Source of the DNA: Phycisphaerales bacterium
GTDB lineage: Bacteria > Planctomycetota > Phycisphaerae > Phycisphaerales > SM1A02
Direction: 5' to 3'
Assembly: GCA_014238205.1 (NCBI GenBank)
Contig: JABABM010000005.1
Location: 19,189-83,188, forward strand
DNA: 64,000 nt
Shown here: positions 9,162 to 17,907 of the stretch, in pieces
Numbering within the stretch: the first letter of the stretch is position 1
Layout: the number at the start of each line of letters is the position of its first letter
Notes under the pieces: generated by a model
The model's database searches: none
The model's input: only the letters and a program-made list of their open reading frames with translations
What the model was told of the DNA's origin: nothing
Made by a program: the position numbers and the translations under genes

Positions 9162-10499
9162 TCAGGAGGCACAGGAATCAACTGGTGATGATGTTTCCCT
9201 GACCAGGAAGGTCAGCAGGAATGCCACGAACATTGCTATGGGAAGCAGCAGGAAGGCCGAGCGGAAATCACCGGAGCTGAATGCCTCGTCCGTGGCGGCC
9301 TTGGTGTGGGCACTCGCCCCGTTTCCCACTCCAAGGTCAAGCAGGAACCCCACGATCCACTGGCCGATCCCCGCGAAGATCATCTGCGTCAAATTGACGA
9401 AGGTCAACGCCGTGCCACGTGCAAAGCAGGGATTCTGATCCATCGCCATGGGGAAGGCCACGACGAGGATTCCCACGACGAGGCCGATCACGAACAGGTT
9501 GACCATCAGGATGCCAGGATGCCCCGGCTGAAGCAGCAGGAGCGTGCTTGTTGAAACAACTCCAAGCAGCGATCCAATTACCAGGATCGGCTTGCGCCGA
9601 CCCAGCCAGTCTGAAAGCCATCCGACCGCCGGACCGCCGAGTGCCAGGCCGACGAAGATCATCGAGACCATGGCCCCGCTGGCCTCCTGGCTGATATGCA
9701 TCACGGTATTGAGGTACCGGAATCCCCAGAGCGCAGCGAATGTTCCCAGTGGAAGATAGACAAGCCCGGTGATCAAGCCCAGGAGCAACGTCTGCCGATT
9801 CGTGAAGACCTCCCTGATGCAGGCGAAGGCACCGGGGTGCTTCTGGCTGCGAGAGGCATGCGACGCGAGGATGTCCTTGTGAAACCAGGACGGACGCCTT
9901 GGGACCAACACGAAGAGAAGGACGCCAAGGAGAACACCGGCAGCGGCGAATCCGTACATCATGTTCTGCCATCGAGTTGAATCAATGAGGAATTGCAGCG
10001 TCGACTCAGCCGTGATTGCGCCAAGCATGCCGAGTGAAATCGTGATACCTGAAATGAGGGCGATTCGCCGCCGCGGGAACCAGACCGTCGCGATGTAGAC
10101 CGTCCCTACATACGCAAAGGCCGAACCGAATCCCATGAGGAAACGTCCGAACGCCAACCCAGAGATTGAACTCGATATACCAAACGAAACTGCGCCGAGA
10201 GCGCAGATGAACGCGGCAATCGACAACGGTCTCCTTGCCCCGTACTTGTCAAGGAGCACACCGACGACCAGTTGCATCGGACCGTATGCGTAGTAGTAGA
10301 AGCTCATGCTCAGGCCGATCTGCGACGCGTCGACCTCGAACTCCTGCTGCAGGGGCTTCTCAAGCACAGCAGGGATCACCCTGATCATGAACTCGTAGAG
10401 AAAGAAGATGGCAGGCATCAACCACGCCAGCCAGGCACGAGCCGGACCTTCCGGGTACTGGTACTCCAGATCGTTGACAATGTTGTTCGAGTCGGCCAT
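9162..10499 (-). CDS. MFS transporter
   Basis: About 12 predicted hydrophobic helices across the ORF, with GRRKP- and PRRR-type inter-helix loops typical of the major facilitator superfamily. Start set to ATG 10499 (MADSNN...). The track start at 10565 would leave only 15 nt to the divergent gene. Confidence 0.75.
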   Translation of the reverse strand: MADSNNIVNDLEYQYPEGPARAWLAWLMPAIFFLYEFMIRVIPAVLEKPLQQEFEVDASQIGLSMSFYYYAYGPMQLVVGVLLDKYGARRPLSIAAFICALGAVSFGISSSISGLAFGRFLMGFGSAFAYVGTVYIATVWFPRRRIALISGITISLGMLGAITAESTLQFLIDSTRWQNMMYGFAAAGVLLGVLLFVLVPRRPSWFHKDILASHASRSQKHPGAFACIREVFTNRQTLLLGLITGLVYLPLGTFAALWGFRYLNTVMHISQEASGAMVSMIFVGLALGGPAVGWLSDWLGRRKPILVIGSLLGVVSTSTLLLLQPGHPGILMVNLFVIGLVVGILVVAFPMAMDQNPCFARGTALTFVNLTQMIFAGIGQWIVGFLLDLGVGNGASAHTKAATDEAFSSGDFRSAFLLLPIAMFVAFLLTFLVRETSSPVDSCAS

Positions 10500-10580
10500 G
10501 TGTCGGACCCGGTGAGTGTATCCGGGATGATCTACCCGGTTCACATGCTGGTTGCAGTCATTCATGGGTACAGTAGTCCC

Positions 10581-11198
10581 ATGGGCGAAGAACAGAAGCC
10601 ATCTCGCCGGGAGTTCTTCCGCATCCGGAAGAACCTCGTCCAGGAACTGGGAGCCATGGCCCTCGGACCCTTCGGCAAGGGACCGGAACGTCCTGCACCC
10701 AGTTCACTCCGGCTCCTGCAGCGACCACCTGGCGCCGTTGCCGAGGGCCAGTTTCTCTCCGCCTGTACACGCTGCGGCGACTGCATCGAGGTCTGCCCGC
10801 CCCAAGCCATTCGCCCGGCACCCGAGGCTGCAGGCGAAGCGCGTGCAGGAACACCCATGATTGATGCACTTCGATCGCCCTGTGTCATGTGCGACGATCT
10901 TCCATGCATCGACGCCTGTGAACCAGGGGTGCTTAAGCATGATCTGCCCGTACGCATGGCAACAGCTTCGATCGATCGAGAAGCCTGCCTTCCATGGAAT
11001 GGGCAGGAGTGCCGGCTCTGCCTTGATCATTGCCCGGTACCCGGTGCGCTCAACCTGGTCGAGGTTGATGGAGTCTCTGGGCCAATCATCGAGCCTGGCG
11101 CATGTACGGGCTGCGGAGTATGCTTGAGTGTCTGCCCTGCTCCACGCAATGCGGTCCGCCATCGACCACTCGAGGAGCGGCCCTTTGCCGCCCTCTGA
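10581..11198 (+). CDS. NapF-like 4Fe-4S ferredoxin
   Basis: Start trimmed to ATG 10581 (MGEEQKPSRREFFRIRK, a vestigial twin-Arg-like motif with no hydrophobic region after it). It has LQRPPGA and four Cys clusters: CTRCGDCIEVCP, CVMCDDLPCIDAC, CRLCLDHCP and CTGCGVCLSVCP. Confidence 0.7.
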   Translation: MGEEQKPSRREFFRIRKNLVQELGAMALGPFGKGPERPAPSSLRLLQRPPGAVAEGQFLSACTRCGDCIEVCPPQAIRPAPEAAGEARAGTPMIDALRSPCVMCDDLPCIDACEPGVLKHDLPVRMATASIDREACLPWNGQECRLCLDHCPVPGALNLVEVDGVSGPIIEPGACTGCGVCLSVCPAPRNAVRHRPLEERPFAAL

Positions 11199-12155
11199 TC
11201 AGGACTCGCCTCCCAGGCCGGCCATGCGCAGGAGCAGGCCGTCTCGAAGGCACTGCCTGGTGATGCAGCACCCCTGTGCTACTCCAAGGGAACGGAGCGT
11301 CTCAAGTGCAACGATCGCACCAGCTGGAATGATTGCCGCTCGCCCAGACTCGAGGCCGGTCACCTCGATCCGATCCGCCAGCGACATCGAACACAACTCG
11401 GCTGCGATAACTTCAATCCTGTCGAGGGCCAGACCCGTGAAAGCCCAGTCTTCACCAGGAGCAACCGGTTCGTCCTCCTGATCAAGACCCAGGCCGATTC
11501 GATCAAGCGATACGAGCGATTCCAGTGTTCCCCCCACCCCCCATGCATAGACAGGTTCAGTCGGACTGGGAAGTCCTGCCTTCAGTTCAGACTTGATGTG
11601 TACAACCAGGGATTGCCAGCGGTCGGGATCGATCGTGTCGGCCAGTTTGAATGCCTGTGTCAGTCGAAGGGCCCCAAGGGGAAGTGAAACGACCTGCTTG
11701 ATCCGCTTGCCTTGAGCGTGCAGGCACTCCATGCTTCCTCCGCCGACGTCCAGGAGCACGGACGCGCCTTCTCCAACCTGGTGTTCGTGGCAGATCGCCT
11801 GCCAGTCCAGGCCAGCCTCCTCATCACCCCCGAGGACCTCCAGTTCCAGTCCCGTGCAGGCATGCACCTGTTCGATGAAGACATCCCTGTTGGGTGCATC
11901 ACGAACGACTTGTGTCGCAACGGCTCGGACCTGGTCGACTTCCAGCGAGGCGGACTGGTCGACGAGCTTGATGAGATCGCCAAGGGTGCGCTCCATCGCA
12001 TCCTGGTCCAGTGACCCGTCTTCACCATGATCACGCCCAAGTTGTGACACGTACCGCTGTCGAGTGATGATATCGATGCACCCCTCGTCCTCAACGACAG
12101 CAACAGTCATCTTGATGGAGTTGGTACCCACATCGATCGCTGCAAGCCGGGTCAT
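11199..12155 (-). CDS. Ppx/GppA-family phosphatase (exopolyphosphatase-like, short form)
   Basis: 318 aa. The N-terminal LAAIDVGTNSIKMTVAVV and later LLDVGGGSMEC are ASKHA-fold phosphate-binding motifs typical of Ppx/GppA. Confidence 0.8.
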   Translation of the reverse strand: MTRLAAIDVGTNSIKMTVAVVEDEGCIDIITRQRYVSQLGRDHGEDGSLDQDAMERTLGDLIKLVDQSASLEVDQVRAVATQVVRDAPNRDVFIEQVHACTGLELEVLGGDEEAGLDWQAICHEHQVGEGASVLLDVGGGSMECLHAQGKRIKQVVSLPLGALRLTQAFKLADTIDPDRWQSLVVHIKSELKAGLPSPTEPVYAWGVGGTLESLVSLDRIGLGLDQEDEPVAPGEDWAFTGLALDRIEVIAAELCSMSLADRIEVTGLESGRAAIIPAGAIVALETLRSLGVAQGCCITRQCLRDGLLLRMAGLGGES

Positions 12156-13114
12156 TCACTTTCGCCCGGAAAGAGTACGTGTTCTGGATCAAGAATCTCA
12201 TCACCGTCGACGGTCGTGATACCGACCTTGAAACCATCACGCAGTGCCGCCGAACCAATCCGGCCATCACGGTGAAGTGCGATCAATCCCACCTGGTGCT
12301 TCTCCTCCAGGTCGTAGGATGATTTGATCCGTTCCAGGACGGCAAGGAGCGCCTCCGTTGGTTCGGCACCCCGTCGCATCTCCTCGACACCAAGCATGGC
12401 GCCACACACACCCATGACCAATTCCCCACTCCCAGTTGCAGTCACGGCACCGATGTCCGGATCGACGTACAGGCCGTGCCCGACAATCGGTGAATCACCC
12501 ACACGACCGGGAAGTTTCCAGGGCGAACCACTGGTCGAACATGCACCTGCAAGAACACCCATGGCATCCAGGGCAAGCGTGCCGATCGTGTCATGCCCCG
12601 CCCAGCGACGTTCACCGTCGAAGAGCTGGCCGCCACCCCGGTCGACTGGACGACCCGCGTCACGGATCTGGTCGACATCGGTTCCATCACGCTTCCAGGA
12701 TTCCCAGGCCTTGGCGGCTGCCGGGGACAGGAGATCCTCTCGAGGTTCCCCGACTGCATCGGCATAGGCATCAGCAGCTTCACCCACCAGCATGACATGT
12801 GGAGTCGAATCCATGATGTCCCTTGCAATTCTCGCTGCATGGAGGTGCTGCCTGAGGCAACAGACACTCCCACAGGAGGCCGGTGATCTCATCACGCACG
12901 CATCGAGGGTCACATGGCCATCTCGATCAGGCAGGCCCCCAAACCCGACAGAATCAACCTCTGGATCAGCCTCTATGGCCGTACACGCATCAACAACTGC
13001 ATCAACCGCGTGTCCTCCAGCTTCCAGCACCGGCCATGCAGCGGCATGGCCACGGAGGCCAAAGGACCATGTGGAAAGCAGGATGGGGGTTGCAGAGGCC
13101 ATGAAGGCCGACAT
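12152..13114 (-). CDS. N-terminal nucleophile hydrolase, isoaspartyl peptidase / L-asparaginase (glycosylasparaginase) family
   Basis: Contains [11 protein letters not shown] (autoprocessing Thr nucleophile) and [10 protein letters not shown]. The start is uncertain (candidate ATGs at 13138, 13132, 13114 and 13102). It overlaps the Ppx start by 4 nt. Confidence 0.7.
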   Translation of the reverse strand: MSAFMASATPILLSTWSFGLRGHAAAWPVLEAGGHAVDAVVDACTAIEADPEVDSVGFGGLPDRDGHVTLDACVMRSPASCGSVCCLRQHLHAARIARDIMDSTPHVMLVGEAADAYADAVGEPREDLLSPAAAKAWESWKRDGTDVDQIRDAGRPVDRGGGQLFDGERRWAGHDTIGTLALDAMGVLAGACSTSGSPWKLPGRVGDSPIVGHGLYVDPDIGAVTATGSGELVMGVCGAMLGVEEMRRGAEPTEALLAVLERIKSSYDLEEKHQVGLIALHRDGRIGSAALRDGFKVGITTVDGDEILDPEHVLFPGESE

Positions 13115-13226
13115 GATAGACCCTTCAGGCATTTCCATCGGGCAGGTTGCTACACTGGAACACGAACGAGCCCGCCTGCTGCCAGGTGGGCTCGCCCGAT
13201 TCACTGGGCTGGAGTGGGAGGCCACC

Positions 13227-13691
13227 ATGGAATACATGACACAATCCGACAAGGAGCGGCTTGAGCAGGAGCTCAAGGATCGCACTCGCAAGCGGAAGGA
13301 ACTCTCTGATCGGATCGGTCGGGCGAGGGAAATGGGCGACCTGAAGGAGAATGCCGAGTACCACGCAGCCCGGGAAGATCAGGGGCTCAACGAGGCACGC
13401 ATCCACGACCTTAAAGAGAAACTGTCAAATGTCGTCATTGCCGATACCGAGGCTGTTCCAGAGGGAATGGTCTTCGTTGGAACAACCGTCAAGTTGAAGG
13501 ACACCTCCTCCGGCAACGAGGAGGTCTACAAGCTTGTTGGTGAAATGAGTGGTTCCTTCGACTCGGAGGTCATCGAGGTCACCCCGAACTCGGCACTGGG
13601 CATGGGACTGATGAAGGCGAAGGTCGGTGAAACACTCAGTGTTGATCTGCCTCGCGGGACGAAGTCCTACGAGATCGTGGAGATCCTGTGA
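13227..13691 (+). CDS. greA: transcription elongation factor GreA
   Basis: Trimmed to ATG 13227 (or 13236). Reads KERLEQELK...[23 protein letters not shown]...VGTTVKL...YKLVG...[19 protein letters not shown]. Confidence 0.9.
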   Translation: MEYMTQSDKERLEQELKDRTRKRKELSDRIGRAREMGDLKENAEYHAAREDQGLNEARIHDLKEKLSNVVIADTEAVPEGMVFVGTTVKLKDTSSGNEEVYKLVGEMSGSFDSEVIEVTPNSALGMGLMKAKVGETLSVDLPRGTKSYEIVEIL

Positions 13692-14158
13692 GCGACGGCA
13701 CAAGGCCACCTCACCAGTGGACCGTGTATCTTGCGGGCGAGATCCACTCCAACTGGCGTGAGCAGGTCGAACAAGGCTGCCACAAGGCCGGTCTCCCGAT
13801 CACATTCACCTCACCCGTAACAGACCACGAAGCAAGTGATGCCTGTGGCGACCGGATTCTCGGAGACGAGGATGATCCGTTCTGGACGGATCACAAGGGA
13901 GCGAAGCTCAACGCAATCCGAACACGGACCCACCTCAAGCGGGCCGACATCGTCGTTGTCCGCTTCGGGGAGAAGTACCGGCAGTGGAATGCCGCCTTTG
14001 ACGCCGGATTTGCCGCGGCACTGGGCACTCCGATCATCGTGCTGCACCCTGAGGAACATCGCCATGCCCTGAAGGAAGTTGATGCAGCTGCCCTGGCGGT
14101 TGCCTCGACTCCCGACCAGGTCGTCGAAGCCCTGACTTACGTGATCACGCAGCGATGA
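13688..14158 (+). CDS. YtoQ-family protein (nucleoside 2-deoxyribosyltransferase-like fold)
   Basis: 156 aa. [17 protein letters not shown]...[35 protein letters not shown] matches my recollection of the YtoQ family. The GTG start overlaps the greA stop (GTGA). Confidence 0.65.
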   Translation: MSDGTRPPHQWTVYLAGEIHSNWREQVEQGCHKAGLPITFTSPVTDHEASDACGDRILGDEDDPFWTDHKGAKLNAIRTRTHLKRADIVVVRFGEKYRQWNAAFDAGFAAALGTPIIVLHPEEHRHALKEVDAAALAVASTPDQVVEALTYVITQR

Positions 14159-14171
14159 GTATCATCTGGAC

Positions 14172-14546
14172 ATGAAGAACATGTCATGCATCGGATTACT
14201 CATCGGAACTCTCCTCCTTGCCCAGGGTCTCGTGTTCTGGGGAATGGCGGGATTCGAAGGCGCCCGTGCCACGGCGGCGATCCCGAGCGCCTTCGGTATT
14301 CTGCTCATCGTCTGCAGCCTCATGGCCAAGGCGATGCCCAACGCCCGCAAGCACATCATGCATCTTGCCGTACTGCTGGCCCTGCTTGGGGTCGTCGGAG
14401 GAGCCATGATGTTCTTCAAGGGACTCGGAGCCGAGGACCGTGACATGAAGAAGCTTCTCGACCAGGGGGGCATGGCGATCCTGTGCGTGGTGTTCATTCT
14501 CCTGGCCGTGAACTCGTTCATCCAGGCCAGGCGAAGCGAATCCTGA
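14172..14546 (+). CDS. small integral membrane protein (4 predicted TM helices), function unknown
   Basis: 124 aa with four hydrophobic stretches. I recognised no family motifs. Coding is supported by its length and its fit between neighbouring genes. Confidence 0.45.
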   Translation: MKNMSCIGLLIGTLLLAQGLVFWGMAGFEGARATAAIPSAFGILLIVCSLMAKAMPNARKHIMHLAVLLALLGVVGGAMMFFKGLGAEDRDMKKLLDQGGMAILCVVFILLAVNSFIQARRSES

Positions 14547-14550
14547 ATAC

Positions 14551-15339
14551 TCAGTCCCAGTCGGAGATGACGATCAACAGGTCATGGATATCTGTTGCGC
14601 CACTGTTGTTGGCATCACCCTGGCAGTCATCACCTTGGCAGTTCCAGTCCGAGATGACAAGCAGCAGGTCCTCGACATCGACCGCACCATCGCCAGTCAC
14701 GTCTCCCTGGCTGGGTTCAGCAGGAATATGTTCGACACCCGTCAACCAGAGCGTATAACTCCCTGTTTCCCCGGCCTCAGCCCATCCGGTAATCGGCAGA
14801 TCGCCACCCTGCCCGTCCGGGCCGGACACTTCAAACGGGGTCTCGGGGTTGAAGTAGTAGATGTAACCAGCATCACTCTTTGGAAGGCTCGAATATCCCG
14901 AGATGGCCAGGTAGTAGATACCCGGATGTTCCAACTGGATGTCCGTGCCGTCCGTCGAGAATGAAAGCAGTGTCGAAAGTTGCGTGGGTTCCTGCCCATC
15001 GATGTAACTGTCGTTGTTGGCCAGGAGACCTTTTTCGCTGATCCCGAAGAGGAACAACTGGGTATTGAAACCTGTTCCAAGATCGACATCGACCCGGAAC
15101 TCGGTCGGGTTCGCGATGTAGAAGGCATACATGTCCTGGAAATCGCTCGCGACGAGACCTGCTCCGGTCAATTGACCCGAGATGGATTGAAGCGGGCCTT
15201 GGCCCTCGATCTTCTTCGAGTCGCCCGGCAGGTTGCCGGCGTCATCGTCTTCCTCGAAGGCCGGGCCGAAGCCCATGGCGATTGAAGAAACAAACAACAA
15301 TGTGAGTAACTGAAGAATGGTCTGTTTGATGTTCATCAT
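14551..15339 (-). CDS. secreted protein with a double dockerin-like C-terminal module
   Basis: Start trimmed to MMNIKQTILQLLTLLFVSSIAMG (signal peptide, GGAG RBS upstream). The C-terminus is DVTGDGAVDVEDLLLVISDWNCQGDDCQGDANNSGATDIHDLLIVISDWD. The central domain is uncharacterised, possibly a pre-peptidase C-terminal-like beta domain. Confidence 0.65.
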   Translation of the reverse strand: MMNIKQTILQLLTLLFVSSIAMGFGPAFEEDDDAGNLPGDSKKIEGQGPLQSISGQLTGAGLVASDFQDMYAFYIANPTEFRVDVDLGTGFNTQLFLFGISEKGLLANNDSYIDGQEPTQLSTLLSFSTDGTDIQLEHPGIYYLAISGYSSLPKSDAGYIYYFNPETPFEVSGPDGQGGDLPITGWAEAGETGSYTLWLTGVEHIPAEPSQGDVTGDGAVDVEDLLLVISDWNCQGDDCQGDANNSGATDIHDLLIVISDWD

Positions 15340-15395
15340 GATCTCCTCGATCTCTCCCCGCCAGGTTCTCTCCACTCCTGCTCTTCCTTGCTTCC

Positions 15396-17036
15396 TCAGA
15401 GTGCCCAGTTGGCAATCACGAGCAGCAGGTCGTCGACATTCGTGTATCCATCGCCATTGGCATCACCGGAGCAACTCGACCCGCTGCAGCCCCAGTCACC
15501 GATCACCACGAGCAGGTCATCAACACTGACCTCCCCATCACCATTGACATCACCAGGCACCTGCGTGCCGATGATCTGGCTGTCGGAATCAGCCTCGTCA
15601 CTGCCACTGTTCCCATCCGCATCATGCGCGACGACCTTGATCCTCGCCTGGGAAGTATTGATGTCCGGAACAGACCAGACATGCGTACCATCATCGATTG
15701 TTCCCAGCACGATCACCGTGTCGTAGCTGTCTCCCCCGTTGACGGACAGAAGGAGGTCGACGCTGGTCACCTCCGCGTCATCATCACTGAGCCACTGGAT
15801 GACGACCTGGTCGCCGGGATCCCAGGTCTCACCTCCGCGAGGTGTCCTCAGGTAGGTCACGGGCGATGCTCCGCCTGCATTTGCAGGCACATGCATGCAG
15901 ATGCAGTGGAAGACGCCCGCCGAGTAGGCAAGGGTATCTCCGTAGATCTGGACCACGGTCCGATCCGGCATGGCGGCCTGTACGACGGCAAGGGCATCAT
16001 TGCTCCAGGAGAGCGGGATGCTGCTGTACTTGGGAAGCAGTACCAGGTCGTTGCACAGCACCATGTTCGTGAACGTGTAGTGTGTCCAACCGTCCGTGTA
16101 CGCAGGCGTGCGATGTACCGTCCAGCCCTCGGCCTGATACCAAGCAGCCGCGTCGTCACAGATGTTGTCCTGCGTCGATCCGGAGTGACTTGGCCAATCG
16201 GAGATGATGATCTCCGTATCACCGACGATCTCCATCCACATGTCGATGTGCTGGGTGTAGTCCACCGAGGTCGGGAAGGGAGTATGGAATTCCGTATCAA
16301 CGTTCTGGTAGTCATTCCAGATCTGCCAGATCTCTCCTTCCGTGTACTGGGGATTCTCGTTGTTGATCAACCGCGTTGCAGCAGAGTTGGCAATGCTGTT
16401 GACGTGGTAGTTTCCACCCCCATGTGTCAGCGGCAGCTCGTAGTAGCCGTGACCGATCCAATCGGAGAAGTACTGGTTGAAGGCGTTGTCATTGGGCCTG
16501 GGGCGGTTATAGGTATGGTCAACAACCGACCGGCAGTTTCCCTCATAGATGTACCGGGGGCCGTAATCACGTATCCAGATCGTGTCGGTGGACCGCACCA
16601 CCGTAAAGATCCTCGAGGAATCCGCTCCCTGCGAAACCATGCTGTTCCTGGCGGAGTTGGCCTCGCTGCTTGAATCACAGGCAACATAGACGTTGGCATT
16701 TCCGGTGGTCGTTATCCAGGATGCCATCTGGGCGACGATTCCGGTGAATGAGGATCCACCCTCCCAGGCAAGGACGATTCCGTCCATCGCCTCGTATTCA
16801 CTGGCACAACGCACTGGACCTGATGGAGGCGGCGTCTCTCCTCGTGGAGGCAGGATCAGGCTGTCTCCCAACCATCGACGCTCGGTGTCCGTCATGAATC
16901 GTGGGATGCGGGCATCCTCGGGAAACTGCAGTTCCCCATCGACGATGGTGGGTTCCTGTGGCTGTGTTGCGGCATGATCAACGACCATGCCACCAAGCCC
17001 GAGGCACAAGGCGACAGCCATGGCCGTTCTACTCAT
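15396..17036 (-). CDS. secreted Porphyromonas-type peptidyl-arginine / agmatine deiminase family protein with an Ig-like domain and a dockerin-like tail
   Basis: Start trimmed to ATG 17036 (MSRTAMAVALCLGLGG signal peptide). Family motifs are WIRDYGPRY, HGGGNYH and the catalytic-Cys region GVFHCICMHVP. The C-terminus is DVNGDGEVSVDDLLVVIGDWGCSGSSCSGDANGDGYTNVDDLLLVIANW. Confidence 0.75.
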   Translation of the reverse strand: MSRTAMAVALCLGLGGMVVDHAATQPQEPTIVDGELQFPEDARIPRFMTDTERRWLGDSLILPPRGETPPPSGPVRCASEYEAMDGIVLAWEGGSSFTGIVAQMASWITTTGNANVYVACDSSSEANSARNSMVSQGADSSRIFTVVRSTDTIWIRDYGPRYIYEGNCRSVVDHTYNRPRPNDNAFNQYFSDWIGHGYYELPLTHGGGNYHVNSIANSAATRLINNENPQYTEGEIWQIWNDYQNVDTEFHTPFPTSVDYTQHIDMWMEIVGDTEIIISDWPSHSGSTQDNICDDAAAWYQAEGWTVHRTPAYTDGWTHYTFTNMVLCNDLVLLPKYSSIPLSWSNDALAVVQAAMPDRTVVQIYGDTLAYSAGVFHCICMHVPANAGGASPVTYLRTPRGGETWDPGDQVVIQWLSDDDAEVTSVDLLLSVNGGDSYDTVIVLGTIDDGTHVWSVPDINTSQARIKVVAHDADGNSGSDEADSDSQIIGTQVPGDVNGDGEVSVDDLLVVIGDWGCSGSSCSGDANGDGYTNVDDLLLVIANWAL

Positions 17037-17301
17037 GTTGATGCCCACGAACATCTCCTCAGAATGGGTCGTGCCTGGCACAACCCCCTGCCTTCCCTGC
17101 ACCTTCATTCGACCCTCTATTCGGACCAGGGTCAACCGGATTCCTCCCAGATTGCTTTCTTTACGATCGTGAGAGGGGATTTTTGCGATTCCAAGGACAT
17201 TTACTCTGCAACTGGTGTACACATGCTTGGAGCCGGAAGCTGGGATTCAACCAATGCATCGAGTGGCCAAGTTCGATTCGATACCATGACCTTCTGCATC
17301 C

Positions 17302-17907
17302 ATGGATATCGAACGTACAACCACATCCCTCCTTGAAGGTCTCTTCGATACGGACAACGAGATCGCCTGGTCTCACTTCGACGCTCGCTATCGCCCGATC
17401 GTGCTTGGATTTGCTCGGAAGATGGGCTTGAAAGAAGTGGATGCTTCGGAAGTTGCACAGGAGACCATCGTCCAGTTCCTCAAGGAATACAAGGAAGGCA
17501 AGTACGACAGGGAACGCGGTCGGCTTCGTTCCTGGCTCATCGGGATTGCCCGGTTTCGCGTCGCAGGGGTGTATCGAAGCAAGTCCAACAAACGCGAGTA
17601 TCGAGGCGAATCCGCCATGATCACCCTTCCGACCGAAGAGGTCGAATGCGAGTCGATCTGGAATGTCGAACGTAGAACAGTCATTCTTCAGCAGGCACTG
17701 CAGGAACTGAGAGCCCATTCGAAGGCCTCGGACAAGACGATCCAGGCCTTTGAGATGCTGGTTCTCAACAAGATGCCCGTCTCGACTGTTGCAGAGAATC
17801 TGGAGATGTCCAGCCAGGAGGTCTACCTCGCCAAGAGCCGGACGGCCGCAAGGCTGAAGGACATCATCGATCGCTTTGAGCTGATCTACGACGAGGATGC
17901 TTCATGA
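17302..17907 (+). CDS. ECF-type RNA polymerase sigma factor
   Basis: 201 aa. Sigma70 region 2 (FDARYRPIVLGFARKMGL...AQETIVQFL...RSWLIGIARFRV) and a region 4 HTH (MPVSTVAENLEMSSQEVYLAKSRTAARL). Its stop overlaps the kinase start. Confidence 0.8.
   Translation: MDIERTTTSLLEGLFDTDNEIAWSHFDARYRPIVLGFARKMGLKEVDASEVAQETIVQFLKEYKEGKYDRERGRLRSWLIGIARFRVAGVYRSKSNKREYRGESAMITLPTEEVECESIWNVERRTVILQQALQELRAHSKASDKTIQAFEMLVLNKMPVSTVAENLEMSSQEVYLAKSRTAARLKDIIDRFELIYDEDAS

Noticed and set aside
17076-17091. Sigma-54-like promoter TGGCAC-N-CTGC in the spacer upstream of the ECF sigma gene. It looked tempting because a sigma-54 activator is encoded at 1-804.
   Set aside because: There are 11 nt between the GG and GC dinucleotides rather than the strictly conserved 10, and the -12 element reads CTGC rather than TTGC. 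Other TGGCAC occurrences (about 6857, 18206 and 38406) lack any -12 element.
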